Below, in pieces: positions 51,033-61,241 of a stretch of 64,000 nt of DNA. The notes beneath the pieces are model-generated. The model was not told the origin of the DNA and did no database searches. It saw only the letters and a list, made by a program, of their open reading frames with translations. The stretch spans positions 5,467-69,466 of the forward strand of contig JANQQV010000004.1 of NCBI GenBank assembly GCA_028284865.1, written 5' to 3'. Source of the DNA: Rhodothermales bacterium. Lineage in GTDB: Bacteria > Bacteroidota > Rhodothermia > Rhodothermales > UBA10348. How positions within the stretch are numbered: position 1 is the first letter of the stretch; each line of letters opens with the position of its first letter. Both the position numbers and the translations under genes were made by a program.

Positions 51033-51788
51033 TCATTGAGTGGTTACGCCGTCAAGATACGTCTCCAACCATGCGTGTGCATCATCGGCTTCGAGCAGTC
51101 GGGTATCGGCGTCGAAGACATCCCCGAAGTGCTGGATGATCCTGTTTTCGACGGCTGTCCGATCCAGTTTCTCAAGGACCTCCATCTCCATTGATGTGAC
51201 GCCTCGATCGGTAATACCGCACGGGACGATCATGTTGAAATGATCCAGTTCGGGAGAGACGTTCAGCGCAAAGCCATGCATGGTGACCCATCGACTACAC
51301 CGGATTCCCATGGCGCAGACCTTGCGTTCATTGCCAGCTTCCTTCGTTATCCAGACACCAGTCCCTTTTCCGAACCGGTCGGCTTCAATGCCGTGATCTG
51401 CACACGTCCGGATGATCACTTCTTCGAGATCGCGCAGGTAGCGATGGATGTCGGTATAAAACCGATCCAGGTCGAGGATGGGATATCCTACTATCTGTCC
51501 TGGTCCGTGATACGTGATATCACCGCCACGGTCGATCCGGACGAACGTAGCACCAGCCTTGGTCAGCTCCTCTTCAGAGGCAAGCAAATTGCTCTCATCG
51601 CCGCTTTTTCCGAGCGTGAAAACCGGAGGGTGCTCGACAAGCAGAGCCACATGTGGCAACTCCTTCGGTTCGTCGGAGCGCTTATTGGCCACCAGACGCT
51701 GCTGCAACTGCTTTTGCAGGTCCCAGGTCTCCACATAATCGGCCTTTCCCAGCCGACAGAACACGATCTGTTGACGCGAATCAGCCAT
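51033..51788 (-). CDS. lipB: Lipoyl(octanoyl) transferase
   Basis: 251 aa. EHPPVFTLG, RGGDITYHGPGQ.VGYP and KV.A.G....RWVTMHGFALNV are LipB hallmarks. Its ATG overlaps the sprA stop (TGATG). Confidence 0.92.
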   Translation of the reverse strand: MADSRQQIVFCRLGKADYVETWDLQKQLQQRLVANKRSDEPKELPHVALLVEHPPVFTLGKSGDESNLLASEEELTKAGATFVRIDRGGDITYHGPGQIVGYPILDLDRFYTDIHRYLRDLEEVIIRTCADHGIEADRFGKGTGVWITKEAGNERKVCAMGIRCSRWVTMHGFALNVSPELDHFNMIVPCGITDRGVTSMEMEVLEKLDRTAVENRIIQHFGDVFDADTRLLEADDAHAWLETYLDGVTTQ

Positions 51789-54700
51789 CAGTTCGCGATG
51801 CTGACACGGATGTTGAACGTCCCGTTGATGTTGACCGAGGATGGCTGGCGGGAGTCTTCCGAGTCGAATTTCTCGTACTTCAGCGTGAAGTCAGCCTGCA
51901 CACGGTTCGAGAACTGGTAGGCCACCCGAGGCGTCATGATCAGACGCTTGTGCGCGGTGACCAGGGAAACGTTGTCTCCTTCAAGAGCATTCTTGAGTTC
52001 GAATTCCGGATCCGTGACGGCCTGTTCAAGTGCACGTCGCAGGCGAAGTCGCTGATCGAGTGTTTCGCTCTGAGTGATATTCAGCGCCAGCGTCACCCTG
52101 TTATTCAGCTTGCGGAAGAACGGTAGCTTGAGACCGGACTTCTGATAACTGATGTCGACACCAAGCTCGGTGGTCTTGTTTTCACTGACCTCGAAGTTGG
52201 CTGTACTCAGCGAGTAGGAGTTGCTTTTGGACCAGGTCACCGATGTAGAGACCGATCCTTTCCACGTGATGTCTACGCCGATCAACGGGCGGAAACTCTC
52301 GTTGATGCGGATGTTGTTGATCTGGTACTCTTCGACCGCGAACTGGATACGACGTGATCCAAGATCAACGGTGCGAACAGAGTCATCGCTGGCAAACGCC
52401 GTGTTCGTGTTGAAGTCAGCTGCGTAGTCACCCGAATAGGCGTGTCGCAGGGACACGTTTTGGGCCAACGCACGGATCAGGGGCCAATCAGAAAGTCCCG
52501 AGTACGTGATCTGCCAAGTGGGTTTGGGGAATGGCGCGATACCCAGGTTGTCAACGGTGCGACCTCCCCGGACGAATGCACTCCTGAAGTCATCGACGAC
52601 GGATGAGTTCGTAAGCGGAGAGCGACCGTTTCCATCGGCATCCGGCACCAGAATCGGATCGTCCTCACCCGTTGCGATGACGTCTGAGGCATAAGTGTCC
52701 AGCTGGCTCTGGAACAATTCGAGATAGTCGGCACCAAAGGCCCATACCGACGCCTTGTTGTTGCCGCTCTGCGTGATCGTCGAGTCAATTCCAAGAACCA
52801 TCCCGAAGTCGTCAAGGACCGGACGATACGTGAAGGTTTCGGATTCGGACAGATCAAGGCTCCAATTCAGCGACACATTGAGAGCCTGTGAGGGGCTCAA
52901 CGTCGTCCGTCCCTGGAATCGTTTGCTGTCATTGAGCAGGTCGGAAACCTGGAGGGACGGATCGACAATGCGATCGTTGATGTCGAATTGACGATCGAAA
53001 CCGAAACGATATCCCAGGGTGGCCCCATTGCCCTTGAGTGCGTCCCGCAGGCTATAGAAGGTGGCAACATCCAGGAGTTGCCCGTTCTCATCGAAAACAG
53101 GCGTACCCACGTTGGTCGAAGAGGACGTCTTCGAATCCTGATAGGTGAGGTTGAAATCGCGAATGCCAGTGGCCGTCAGCAACAGCTGGCGGGCATAGGA
53201 CTTGAGACGTCCACTGAAACCGGCTCCATCGTCCTGATCGGCGTCCTCAGCGGCAGCACGTTCGGCAGGCAATTCTTCCGGGAGTTCAACACCACTTTCC
53301 TCGGCCAACCGCCGGGCCTCTCGCGCTTTCTGACGGGCCTCGGCCGCGGCTTCCTTGCGCCTGCGTGCCGCTTCCTTGTCTCGCTGATAGGACTTCTGTG
53401 CCTCTTCGATGGATTCATAGAAGCCGAACTTGCGCCAGAGATCCTGTATGCGAAGAGAGACCCCGCCACGAAGCTCGACGTTGTTTCGGATGGCTGCACC
53501 GTTGTTTCGACCTACCGGACCGTTTTGCCAGTCGAATGTGGAATTGTAGGATATGTCCTGGATCTGAATCCAGTTCAGGAATCCGATGGCTCTCAGTTGG
53601 GGACGGAAAGATGCGCGGAATACCTGGTTGTGCCGTTCCGTGCGTGGCGTAATGCCGCCAGACAGGAATCGCCCGAGGACATTCGTCCCGGAGACGACAT
53701 CCAGCTGCTGCAGTTCGAATGCGTTGCCCAACTGCGCCTCCGGAATCAAACCAGCTGCGATGGCTTCATCGAGGCGCGATCCGAAGAACGTCGTATCGGT
53801 CGTGACCACATTGTACAGGGTGTCGACACCGACCGTATTGAAACTCTGATCCGTATTCGTATCAAAGCTCAGGTTCAGGAAGTTGAACGGATTGTACTGG
53901 AATTGGAAGTCGCGTCCGTGCGTGAACGTGTGCTTTTCTCGCATCGGGAAGCGCACATCAAGCGGTGTGGACGTCGTATCTCCGGCTGAGACGATCGGCC
54001 GCTCACGAGTCTGGGAGAACTGACGCCTGAATGAACCGGATGTCGAAACCAGGGTCGGCAGGTAGTTGAAGTTCAACCCGCCCAGTGTTCTCAGCAGCGG
54101 AACACTGTCAAGGAAGAAGAACGGCCTGAAGGTCTTCGGATTTCGAGTCTGGAAGCGATACCCCAATGAACTGGTCCATCGCCACGAATCATTGACCTCC
54201 TGGGAAGGAGATCGTCCGTTGGATTCTGCCTGCGAGTACGACAGGGAGACGCCGTCGACCGTGTTGCGAAGAATCTTGCTGCGGGATCCCGTCTTGCCTA
54301 CCCGTGTCGACAGGCTTTTTGAAAGCGTGTAGGTCTGCGCTGCTTCCGTGGCCTCGGTGCGGGCGATGTCTTTTTCCTCATCCGTAAGGTCTTCCCTGTC
54401 ATCAATCTGACTGATGATCTCTTCCAACCGGATATCGCCTCGAGTCGGGGAGAAGCGTGGAGTGGACGTATTAGACTGCACCTGAACGTTTACGGGCATG
54501 GTCCACCCGAACCGCTCGGGAATCACCTTGTCGGCATTCAGCTCGGTGGTAACGGTCCAGTTGTTGATGTTGAGCTGCTCACGCTCGCCAAGACTGGAGG
54601 AAAGGGAGCCGAATCCATCCGTCTGACGCTGGAAGCTGGCCTTGATGCTTCCTACGTCGGCAAGTTTGATGTCCATGTTGGAAAGGGCAGCCCATCCGTT

Positions 54701-57700
54701 CTCCGAGTCATAGCCGGAGACGCGCAATTCGTTGACCCACACCGTGATGTCTTCGAGAACGTACTCGGATCCGAACAAGGTTGAATCGGCAGGATTGCGG
54801 ACACCGATCACGATCGAGTTCACTTTACTCAGTGATGGTGTTCCGCGAATTCCCAAACGGGTCCCTGGCGGAGCAAAAACTGAAGCGTCCGGCGAGTCGG
54901 GAGTTGTCAGCTCACCATTCGTGGTACTCCAGAAGGTGGAATCGGAAGGGAAGGCCAGGCGGTCTCGAGCCACTTTCAACTGGTTAAGCGCGCCCAATTC
55001 GATATTCATCGATCCCAGATCCCGGAATTCGCCTTCGAAATCCACAGCCGTTCGCCACAGCTCGTCCGAGCTTCCAGCGGTCTCGAAACTTGGCGTCAGC
55101 GGCTGTTCATACTCGTAATAATCGTTTGTCTCGTTGGAGCCGAGGCGAACGAATAGTGTGGCCTTTGTGCGGCTTTCTTCCAGCGGGAAGGATGCCAGGT
55201 CCGTTCCGTCTGCCAGGATTCCATGCGCGTGCACGAACATGCGCAAGTTGGAGTACTTCAGCAGATCAAGACCGGTATTCTGCGTCTTGAAAATGGCTCG
55301 CTGCTGACCCGGACCGAGATTTTCAGCACGGATGACGAGCGACTGCTCACGGGCATTCTGGACGCGTCCCGACGCCAGACGCGACTGACTAACGACGGCA
55401 GCGACGGGAGGCTGATAGGTCTCAGCATTCTCCTCGTTGTTGATGCTCGATATGGTCAGCCGGGTCTCCGTCCCGGTCGTGTCGAACGGGGTCTCGCGCT
55501 CAAGGGTGATGGCTTCGGACTTCTGCCACTGGGAACCGACCAGTTCCAGGGAAGCGAATCGGGCTGTGAATGGCACCTCGTGTCCTGTAGTCCAGACCCG
55601 GATGAACTCGATCAGGGAGAAGTCCTGGATGTCGCCGACGCGTCGGGAGAACTGCTGGACGGGGATGCGTACCTGATACCAACCCGTACCATTTCCGTCT
55701 GCGTCCGTCACTTCACCAACAATGAAGTCGTCCACGCGTTGAGGAGCAGCCAGAGAGTCCAATGCACGCTGGGAAAGCGGGATTTCGTACTGGAAATAAC
55801 TGTTCTCGGTATCGACGGTGGAGTTCAGGTTGCGATCTTCCGAGTCTGGAAAACGCGAATTACCACGTTTGACCGACGTGTTGTTGGCCAGCTTGGTCTG
55901 GGTTTCGAATGCATTGAGTTCGTGGCCCGCGAAGTACTTGCTGAAATGCTGCTGGAACGTGGCCGAAGCAGGGAAGAACTCCGAATTCTGGTAGTACTGG
56001 CTGTTACCGAAGTAGTGGTAGTCATCACCCGAAGGGTCTGCCAGTGCTTTGGCTACCTCTGCGCGATACTTGGGATCGTTCGAGTTGCGGTCGAGACTGT
56101 TCAGGAAGTCGGCAAAGTGGATTTCTTCCGTGGCGAATGGGGGATAATCAGAAGATCCACTGGCCAGGCCATCCAGTCCCAGGTCTTCTGTTCGTCGGGA
56201 CGCATCGTCAATGTCGACCACGCTGTTCTGTGCTCCCGTAGGACTACGGCCCCAGTTCAGGATACCGCCTTCTGTGATCGTGGCGGTGGAGAGTCCGTCC
56301 TCGTTGTTCAGCTTTTCGTCGGGCAGGATGTCTTCCGAAATCGAACCGAGATCGACATAAAGCTTCGCATCGGTTCCTGCATCTCCGGCCGGGTTCTCAG
56401 GGAAAGGCCGGAAGACGAACTCAACGAAGTCAATGTTTTTCAGACTGAAGTCCGTGAAGCCCTCAGGCAGGCGCTGCGTCATCCCGCCCCAGGCCAGCTT
56501 CGGGTTATCCAGGAATCCGCGCAAATCGCGCGTGTAGTTGTAAGGCCCGCGTTCCGTCGGGTTGAAGTAGATATCGTAGGTCTCGAGCGTCGGGTCGATC
56601 TCGGCGCGCGTATCCCGGTTGGGAAAGACCTCATCGATGCGGAAAATCCGGATAGCATCGGTGTTGTAGGCGATGGTCGGGATTTCCTGCAGCATGTTTG
56701 CATTGATCCGGTACCAGGCGAAGTTCCCTCGCCAATTGGTCCGGAGGGAGTCGGACTCGAAACCGGACTGCACGCCAAAGAAGTCTACGGCTGCGATCGA
56801 GTCAGGTGCTGATGCCAGGCCCCAGGATCCGGGCTGCATCATTGTGAACGTATTCTCGAAGCCCTCGAAGTCATCGATGTAGGACGTTCCGCCCAATTCA
56901 TCACGCGAAAAGTCGCGACCGGCTGACTGGAGATCCCGACGCGTTCGCTCGAATGCGATCGTCTGAGTATTCCCGGGACGGAGTTGAGCAAACTCCCCAC
57001 TCAAGGAAATGCTGGATGGCTCGCGCGTCTGCAGAAGCGGTACGTAGTCGATGGCCCGGGTCATCCATCGTGGTTCGAGTTTGAGAGCCCCATCTACACC
57101 CCAGATGGTGTTGGAAATGGGCTCTTCGCCGATACGATACTTGTCGATTGGAGACTTCTGGTTCATCCGCATCACGGTGGCGCCCAGCGAGAGACGTTCA
57201 TCCAGCGTGTAGTCGGCACGCATACCGACCAGCGTCTTCTTCTGGATGTTGAAGAAGGAGTTCTGTTCGAATTCGATCTCGATGTCTCGTGCTGCCGTGA
57301 GGAAAGCCGGGTTGATGATCTGCACGAGACCGGTACCGGAGTATTCGACGACAAAGTCAGTGCCTTCGGTGAGCGGCGTACCTCCAGAGGTCACTCGAAC
57401 AGACCCCGGAACGACACCGGAGAAGGCATTCAGATCATAGGACGATTGCGCAGAACCGCGATAGGAACCGCGGATGCGATAAACGTCATGCTGGCTGTTG
57501 CGTCGCGCATTCGCCTTTTTCTGGCTGTACAGCGTCTCGAATACGTACACTTCACGAAGTCCGGCCTGGGCCTCAGGGGTACCGCCGCCGGATCCAATGA
57601 CGTTTGACAATCTCGACCCGAACGGTTCGAGATACGGGAATATCAGTGTTCCTTCTCCCGGAACGATCGTGTAGTTGACGAGGAAGTCGAACTGGTCATC

Positions 57701-59635
57701 CGCAACCAGGGCCTGGTCCTCGTTCACCCGGTCAAGTCCAGTCAACTGAAGAATCGTACTCGTGCCGCCGACACCCGGAAGGGTTTTCGAGGCTGTCTTT
57801 CCTGGAGGTTCGTAGAAGACCTGCAGCTCGAATTCGTTGGGCTGAATGCTTCGTCCAGGCAGACGATAGATGTTGCGCAGCTCCAGGTACCAGGCAGCCG
57901 GATTGAATTCGGCTTCGGGTGCCGGCTGGCGAAGCTGGACGGGACGGATCAGTTTGAGGACGATTTTGTCTTCGTTCTGCCCACCGTCCGAGCCCCCGGT
58001 GTCTGTCGAGAAATCACCTACCTGAGACGTTCGACCATTAGCCCGATACCGGAAGGCGACAGCAAGGGCTTCGCTTTCCTGGACACGCTGACGCATGGTG
58101 ATGTACCCCAGCACCTCGTCCACATCGTAGTCCCGGCCTCGTTCGAGACGTTTGAACTTACCAACCTGGAAGTCAGAGGAGGACAGATTCTTGACCGACT
58201 CGAGATAGGACCCGGGAGCGGCATCCCCGTCGCGAAGCTCTGTGTCCAGTTCGCCACCGTCGGCGTCATCGTACTGGTCAATATCGTTGCCCGGGAGACG
58301 CTCCTGGGTGTACTGGTTGGCCTGAAGCAGGATGTCCTGCGACTCGCCAAGGTCCACCATGGCGACTACCTGACGAACGTTTTCTTCTTCCGGCCGGGTC
58401 GGCATGAGTTTCCAGACCTCGATCTCGGTGATGCGCTCGAAGCCATTCGCCACACGGATGTTCGGAGGATCGGCGAGTGCGTCTTCAAACCGATTCCGGA
58501 AGTAGTAGCCGAGGAAGAAGTGCGTGGCCTCGTCGTAATCCGTCGGGCGCAGATCGAATTCCGTTTGTTCGGATCCACCCTCGATGTTCAGACTGTTGGA
58601 CTGACCTTCCTGCTGACTCATGACAGTGGTCAACCGGACACCGCCAAGCTGGAATTCGCTCTTGATCCCGAACAGGCTCTGGCCGCCCCGAATGAGCGAT
58701 GACGGCGTCTGAAGGAAGACGTTACCGGCCTCGATCTTCTGGATGATCTCGTCCTCGTACCCGGTGTATTCGAGCTTCAACTGGTTCTGGAAGTCGAACT
58801 GGTTGCGCGAGTCGTAATTGACGTTGATGCGCAACTTGTCCCCGATGGTCCCGGTGATGCCGAGACTCAGGTCCTGTTTGAATTCAGGGTCGAGCTGGGA
58901 CGGCTTTCCGGTGATGGACACCTGTTGATCACTCTTGCGGTAATCAAATCCGGCGTGGATATCGGCGGTGCCGTTTACGCGGAGGTCGACTTCGTTCGCT
59001 CCGAAAATGGTCCGGAAAGCACTCTGGCGACCACCGGGGACGACAATGTTGAACCCGAGGCCACCACGTCGACGCTGAGCTGCCTGCCGCTCACGCTGGA
59101 TGATCAACTCATCCCAATTGGCAGCCATGTCCTGATTCAATCGAGCTGCCCGGTACTCGTCGAAGGTCAGCCGAACGGGGTAGCGCGCATCCCAGTCGCC
59201 TACTTTCTCGCGAGCCGTGTAGGCGCGGGCCAGTGTGTCGAACTCGATCTCGTACTGCCACCACCTTCCAAGGGAGGGGGACATGACCAGGCGATCTCTC
59301 GGAGCGACCTCTGCGGTCCATGGGTCTTTGCGGAACGCAGGGATGATGTCCCAGACCAGGGCAGAATCAGGTACGAAAAGGGAATCGACCTCCAAGGTGT
59401 CCGTTTCAAGGGTGTCGATTGCAAACGGATCAATGGCGACTGAATCCGTGTCTGCCAACGCAATGAATCCTGAAGCACTACGCCATGCATCGAATTCGGG
59501 GTCGGTGGCCGCAGAGCTGACCCAAACCATCGAGATGACGAAAAACCCTACAATCCCGGCAAAGAGGGATCGCAGATAAGAAGCGGGTTTGGAGCCGCCA
59601 GGTGTCAGCTTGGTCGTTTCCTGTTCGTGACGCAA
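51788..59635 (-). CDS. sprA: T9SS translocon / gliding-motility protein SprA
   Basis: 2615-aa ORF (TTG start in the track) with an N-terminal hydrophobic segment. Its size and beta-rich composition match SprA. The N-terminal region (...NVNYDSRNQFDFQNQLKLEYTG.EDEIIQKIEAGNV.) is of the type conserved in the SprA N-terminal repeat. No other family has this length in this lineage. Confidence 0.88.
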   Translation of the reverse strand: MRHEQETTKLTPGGSKPASYLRSLFAGIVGFFVISMVWVSSAATDPEFDAWRSASGFIALADTDSVAIDPFAIDTLETDTLEVDSLFVPDSALVWDIIPAFRKDPWTAEVAPRDRLVMSPSLGRWWQYEIEFDTLARAYTAREKVGDWDARYPVRLTFDEYRAARLNQDMAANWDELIIQRERQAAQRRRGGLGFNIVVPGGRQSAFRTIFGANEVDLRVNGTADIHAGFDYRKSDQQVSITGKPSQLDPEFKQDLSLGITGTIGDKLRINVNYDSRNQFDFQNQLKLEYTGYEDEIIQKIEAGNVFLQTPSSLIRGGQSLFGIKSEFQLGGVRLTTVMSQQEGQSNSLNIEGGSEQTEFDLRPTDYDEATHFFLGYYFRNRFEDALADPPNIRVANGFERITEIEVWKLMPTRPEEENVRQVVAMVDLGESQDILLQANQYTQERLPGNDIDQYDDADGGELDTELRDGDAAPGSYLESVKNLSSSDFQVGKFKRLERGRDYDVDEVLGYITMRQRVQESEALAVAFRYRANGRTSQVGDFSTDTGGSDGGQNEDKIVLKLIRPVQLRQPAPEAEFNPAAWYLELRNIYRLPGRSIQPNEFELQVFYEPPGKTASKTLPGVGGTSTILQLTGLDRVNEDQALVADDQFDFLVNYTIVPGEGTLIFPYLEPFGSRLSNVIGSGGGTPEAQAGLREVYVFETLYSQKKANARRNSQHDVYRIRGSYRGSAQSSYDLNAFSGVVPGSVRVTSGGTPLTEGTDFVVEYSGTGLVQIINPAFLTAARDIEIEFEQNSFFNIQKKTLVGMRADYTLDERLSLGATVMRMNQKSPIDKYRIGEEPISNTIWGVDGALKLEPRWMTRAIDYVPLLQTREPSSISLSGEFAQLRPGNTQTIAFERTRRDLQSAGRDFSRDELGGTSYIDDFEGFENTFTMMQPGSWGLASAPDSIAAVDFFGVQSGFESDSLRTNWRGNFAWYRINANMLQEIPTIAYNTDAIRIFRIDEVFPNRDTRAEIDPTLETYDIYFNPTERGPYNYTRDLRGFLDNPKLAWGGMTQRLPEGFTDFSLKNIDFVEFVFRPFPENPAGDAGTDAKLYVDLGSISEDILPDEKLNNEDGLSTATITEGGILNWGRSPTGAQNSVVDIDDASRRTEDLGLDGLASGSSDYPPFATEEIHFADFLNSLDRNSNDPKYRAEVAKALADPSGDDYHYFGNSQYYQNSEFFPASATFQQHFSKYFAGHELNAFETQTKLANNTSVKRGNSRFPDSEDRNLNSTVDTENSYFQYEIPLSQRALDSLAAPQRVDDFIVGEVTDADGNGTGWYQVRIPVQQFSRRVGDIQDFSLIEFIRVWTTGHEVPFTARFASLELVGSQWQKSEAITLERETPFDTTGTETRLTISSINNEENAETYQPPVAAVVSQSRLASGRVQNAREQSLVIRAENLGPGQQRAIFKTQNTGLDLLKYSNLRMFVHAHGILADGTDLASFPLEESRTKATLFVRLGSNETNDYYEYEQPLTPSFETAGSSDELWRTAVDFEGEFRDLGSMNIELGALNQLKVARDRLAFPSDSTFWSTTNGELTTPDSPDASVFAPPGTRLGIRGTPSLSKVNSIVIGVRNPADSTLFGSEYVLEDITVWVNELRVSGYDSENGWAALSNMDIKLADVGSIKASFQRQTDGFGSLSSSLGEREQLNINNWTVTTELNADKVIPERFGWTMPVNVQVQSNTSTPRFSPTRGDIRLEEIISQIDDREDLTDEEKDIARTEATEAAQTYTLSKSLSTRVGKTGSRSKILRNTVDGVSLSYSQAESNGRSPSQEVNDSWRWTSSLGYRFQTRNPKTFRPFFFLDSVPLLRTLGGLNFNYLPTLVSTSGSFRRQFSQTRERPIVSAGDTTSTPLDVRFPMREKHTFTHGRDFQFQYNPFNFLNLSFDTNTDQSFNTVGVDTLYNVVTTDTTFFGSRLDEAIAAGLIPEAQLGNAFELQQLDVVSGTNVLGRFLSGGITPRTERHNQVFRASFRPQLRAIGFLNWIQIQDISYNSTFDWQNGPVGRNNGAAIRNNVELRGGVSLRIQDLWRKFGFYESIEEAQKSYQRDKEAARRRKEAAAEARQKAREARRLAEESGVELPEELPAERAAAEDADQDDGAGFSGRLKSYARQLLLTATGIRDFNLTYQDSKTSSSTNVGTPVFDENGQLLDVATFYSLRDALKGNGATLGYRFGFDRQFDINDRIVDPSLQVSDLLNDSKRFQGRTTLSPSQALNVSLNWSLDLSESETFTYRPVLDDFGMVLGIDSTITQSGNNKASVWAFGADYLELFQSQLDTYASDVIATGEDDPILVPDADGNGRSPLTNSSVVDDFRSAFVRGGRTVDNLGIAPFPKPTWQITYSGLSDWPLIRALAQNVSLRHAYSGDYAADFNTNTAFASDDSVRTVDLGSRRIQFAVEEYQINNIRINESFRPLIGVDITWKGSVSTSVTWSKSNSYSLSTANFEVSENKTTELGVDISYQKSGLKLPFFRKLNNRVTLALNITQSETLDQRLRLRRALEQAVTDPEFELKNALEGDNVSLVTAHKRLIMTPRVAYQFSNRVQADFTLKYEKFDSEDSRQPSSVNINGTFNIRVSIAN

Positions 59636-59927
59636 AACGTGGACAGGGCCGTTCTGTTGGTTATCGAATTAACCGACTCATGGGAGCCGGGTCATCAGTA
59701 TCGACTTGAGAGTGCGTAGCGATGCTGCGTATAGAACGGTGTTGGGCTTGGTTTTGCGGGATTTTGAGGCCAAAAAAGGACCAAGGGAGGGGCGTATGCA
59801 ACAGAATGCGTAAGGTTCTCCGATTTATCCGCTTTCTGCTACCTTGAGACGCTCCCGGACAGGTCCGGAAAGGTCGGTGCTGAAGGCCGCCGGCCAGTCC
59901 GGGCGATTGTACTTCCTTTAATGGTAT

Positions 59928-60446
59928 ATGATGCAGATTACCATGGTACCCAACGAAATGAAGGGCATTTTTCGTGCCACCTTGCTGACAATGCTGTTTG
60001 CAGCCGTTCTGAGCGGATGCGAAGCGCAGCCTCCCGCCGCGGAAGACGTCCAGATGGATACCGCTGCAGAGCGCGAGGCCATTCGGGCCGTGTTGATGGG
60101 GCAGCAGGACGCTTGGAATTCAGGAGACATCGAAGCATTCATGGCAGACTACATCCAGTCGGACACCCTTCGATTCACTTCTGGAGCAACCGTCCAGTAT
60201 GGCTGGGATGCGACGCTGCAGCGCTACTACACGGCGTATCCCGACCGGGGCGCGATGGGAGAACTCACGTTCAGCGATCTGACCGTTGACATCCTTTCGG
60301 CTGAATGGGCGCTGGTATTCGGGGCTTTCCATCTGAAACGGGACGGGGACTACGAGGACGTAGGAGGACGGTACACGTTGCTGATGCACCGGGAAGCCGA
60401 TGGCTGGAAAGTTCTCTACGACCACACATCACGAGCTGAATCATGA
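59928..60446 (+). CDS. DUF4440/SnoaL-like (NTF2-fold) lipoprotein
   Basis: Lipobox LSGC. The pattern W..GD...F...Y......F......................G.W...Y.H.S is typical of YybH/DUF4440. The likely start is one of the ATGs between 59928 and 59958. Confidence 0.62.
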   Translation: MMQITMVPNEMKGIFRATLLTMLFAAVLSGCEAQPPAAEDVQMDTAAEREAIRAVLMGQQDAWNSGDIEAFMADYIQSDTLRFTSGATVQYGWDATLQRYYTAYPDRGAMGELTFSDLTVDILSAEWALVFGAFHLKRDGDYEDVGGRYTLLMHREADGWKVLYDHTSRAES

Positions 60447-61090
60447 CTGACACCTCACCATTGGCCATCATCACCGGTGCCTCCGGTCGATTGGGCCGGC
60501 TCACCACGGAGGGGTTCTTGCGTGCAGGATACCGGGTTGTCGGACTGGATCGCGTTGCGGACGAGGAATCGAAAACGCCAATTCTGGCGATCGACGCGAC
60601 CGATGAGAGCTCCGTTCACGATGTCTTTGAGCGTATTCAAAACGAATACGGGACGCCATCTGTGCTTGTCCATACCGTTGGAATGTGGGCGATGAAGCCG
60701 TTCGCGGAAACGGAGTTGTCAGAATGGACAACCATGATGGATGTCAACCTGACCAGTACATTCCTGGTTTTCAGGGAAGCGGTTAGAGTCATGACCGAGT
60801 CGGGAGGCTCGCTGATCGGAATTTCTTCGAAGCAGGGTAGTGTGCGGGGTGCGGCGCAACAGGCTGCATACTCGGCATCGAAAGCCGGCGTCAAGCGACT
60901 CGTGGAAGCCATCGTAGAAGAATATGCGGGAACGGGTCTTACGGCCCATGCCGTGGCGCCTTCCATGATCCTTTTCGATGGGGACGAGGGCGACGGTGTG
61001 CCAGCCGACGATCTGGTTCAGCATTGCCTGTACTTGGCCTCTCACCCAGGCGCCAGCCTGAACGGGGTCACGCTGCACGCCTTCGGCTAG
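60443..61090 (+). CDS. Short-chain dehydrogenase/reductase (SDR)
   Basis: Contains ITGASGRLG (TGxxxGxG) and the catalytic YSASK. Its ATG overlaps the preceding stop (ATGA). Confidence 0.85.
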   Translation: MTDTSPLAIITGASGRLGRLTTEGFLRAGYRVVGLDRVADEESKTPILAIDATDESSVHDVFERIQNEYGTPSVLVHTVGMWAMKPFAETELSEWTTMMDVNLTSTFLVFREAVRVMTESGGSLIGISSKQGSVRGAAQQAAYSASKAGVKRLVEAIVEEYAGTGLTAHAVAPSMILFDGDEGDGVPADDLVQHCLYLASHPGASLNGVTLHAFG

Positions 61091-61241
61091 GATTCTCTGG
61101 CGATCTGTACGGGTTTTCCCGATTGACGCCACTCAATGCGTGCCGTTACTTCCGGCGTTGTTCGGCTTGGAGGCGATCTGGGTCGATTTTAGCGGCAGCA
61201 CCCGACAGGTGTTCACCACTTCCATCCTGAAAACAACGCTC

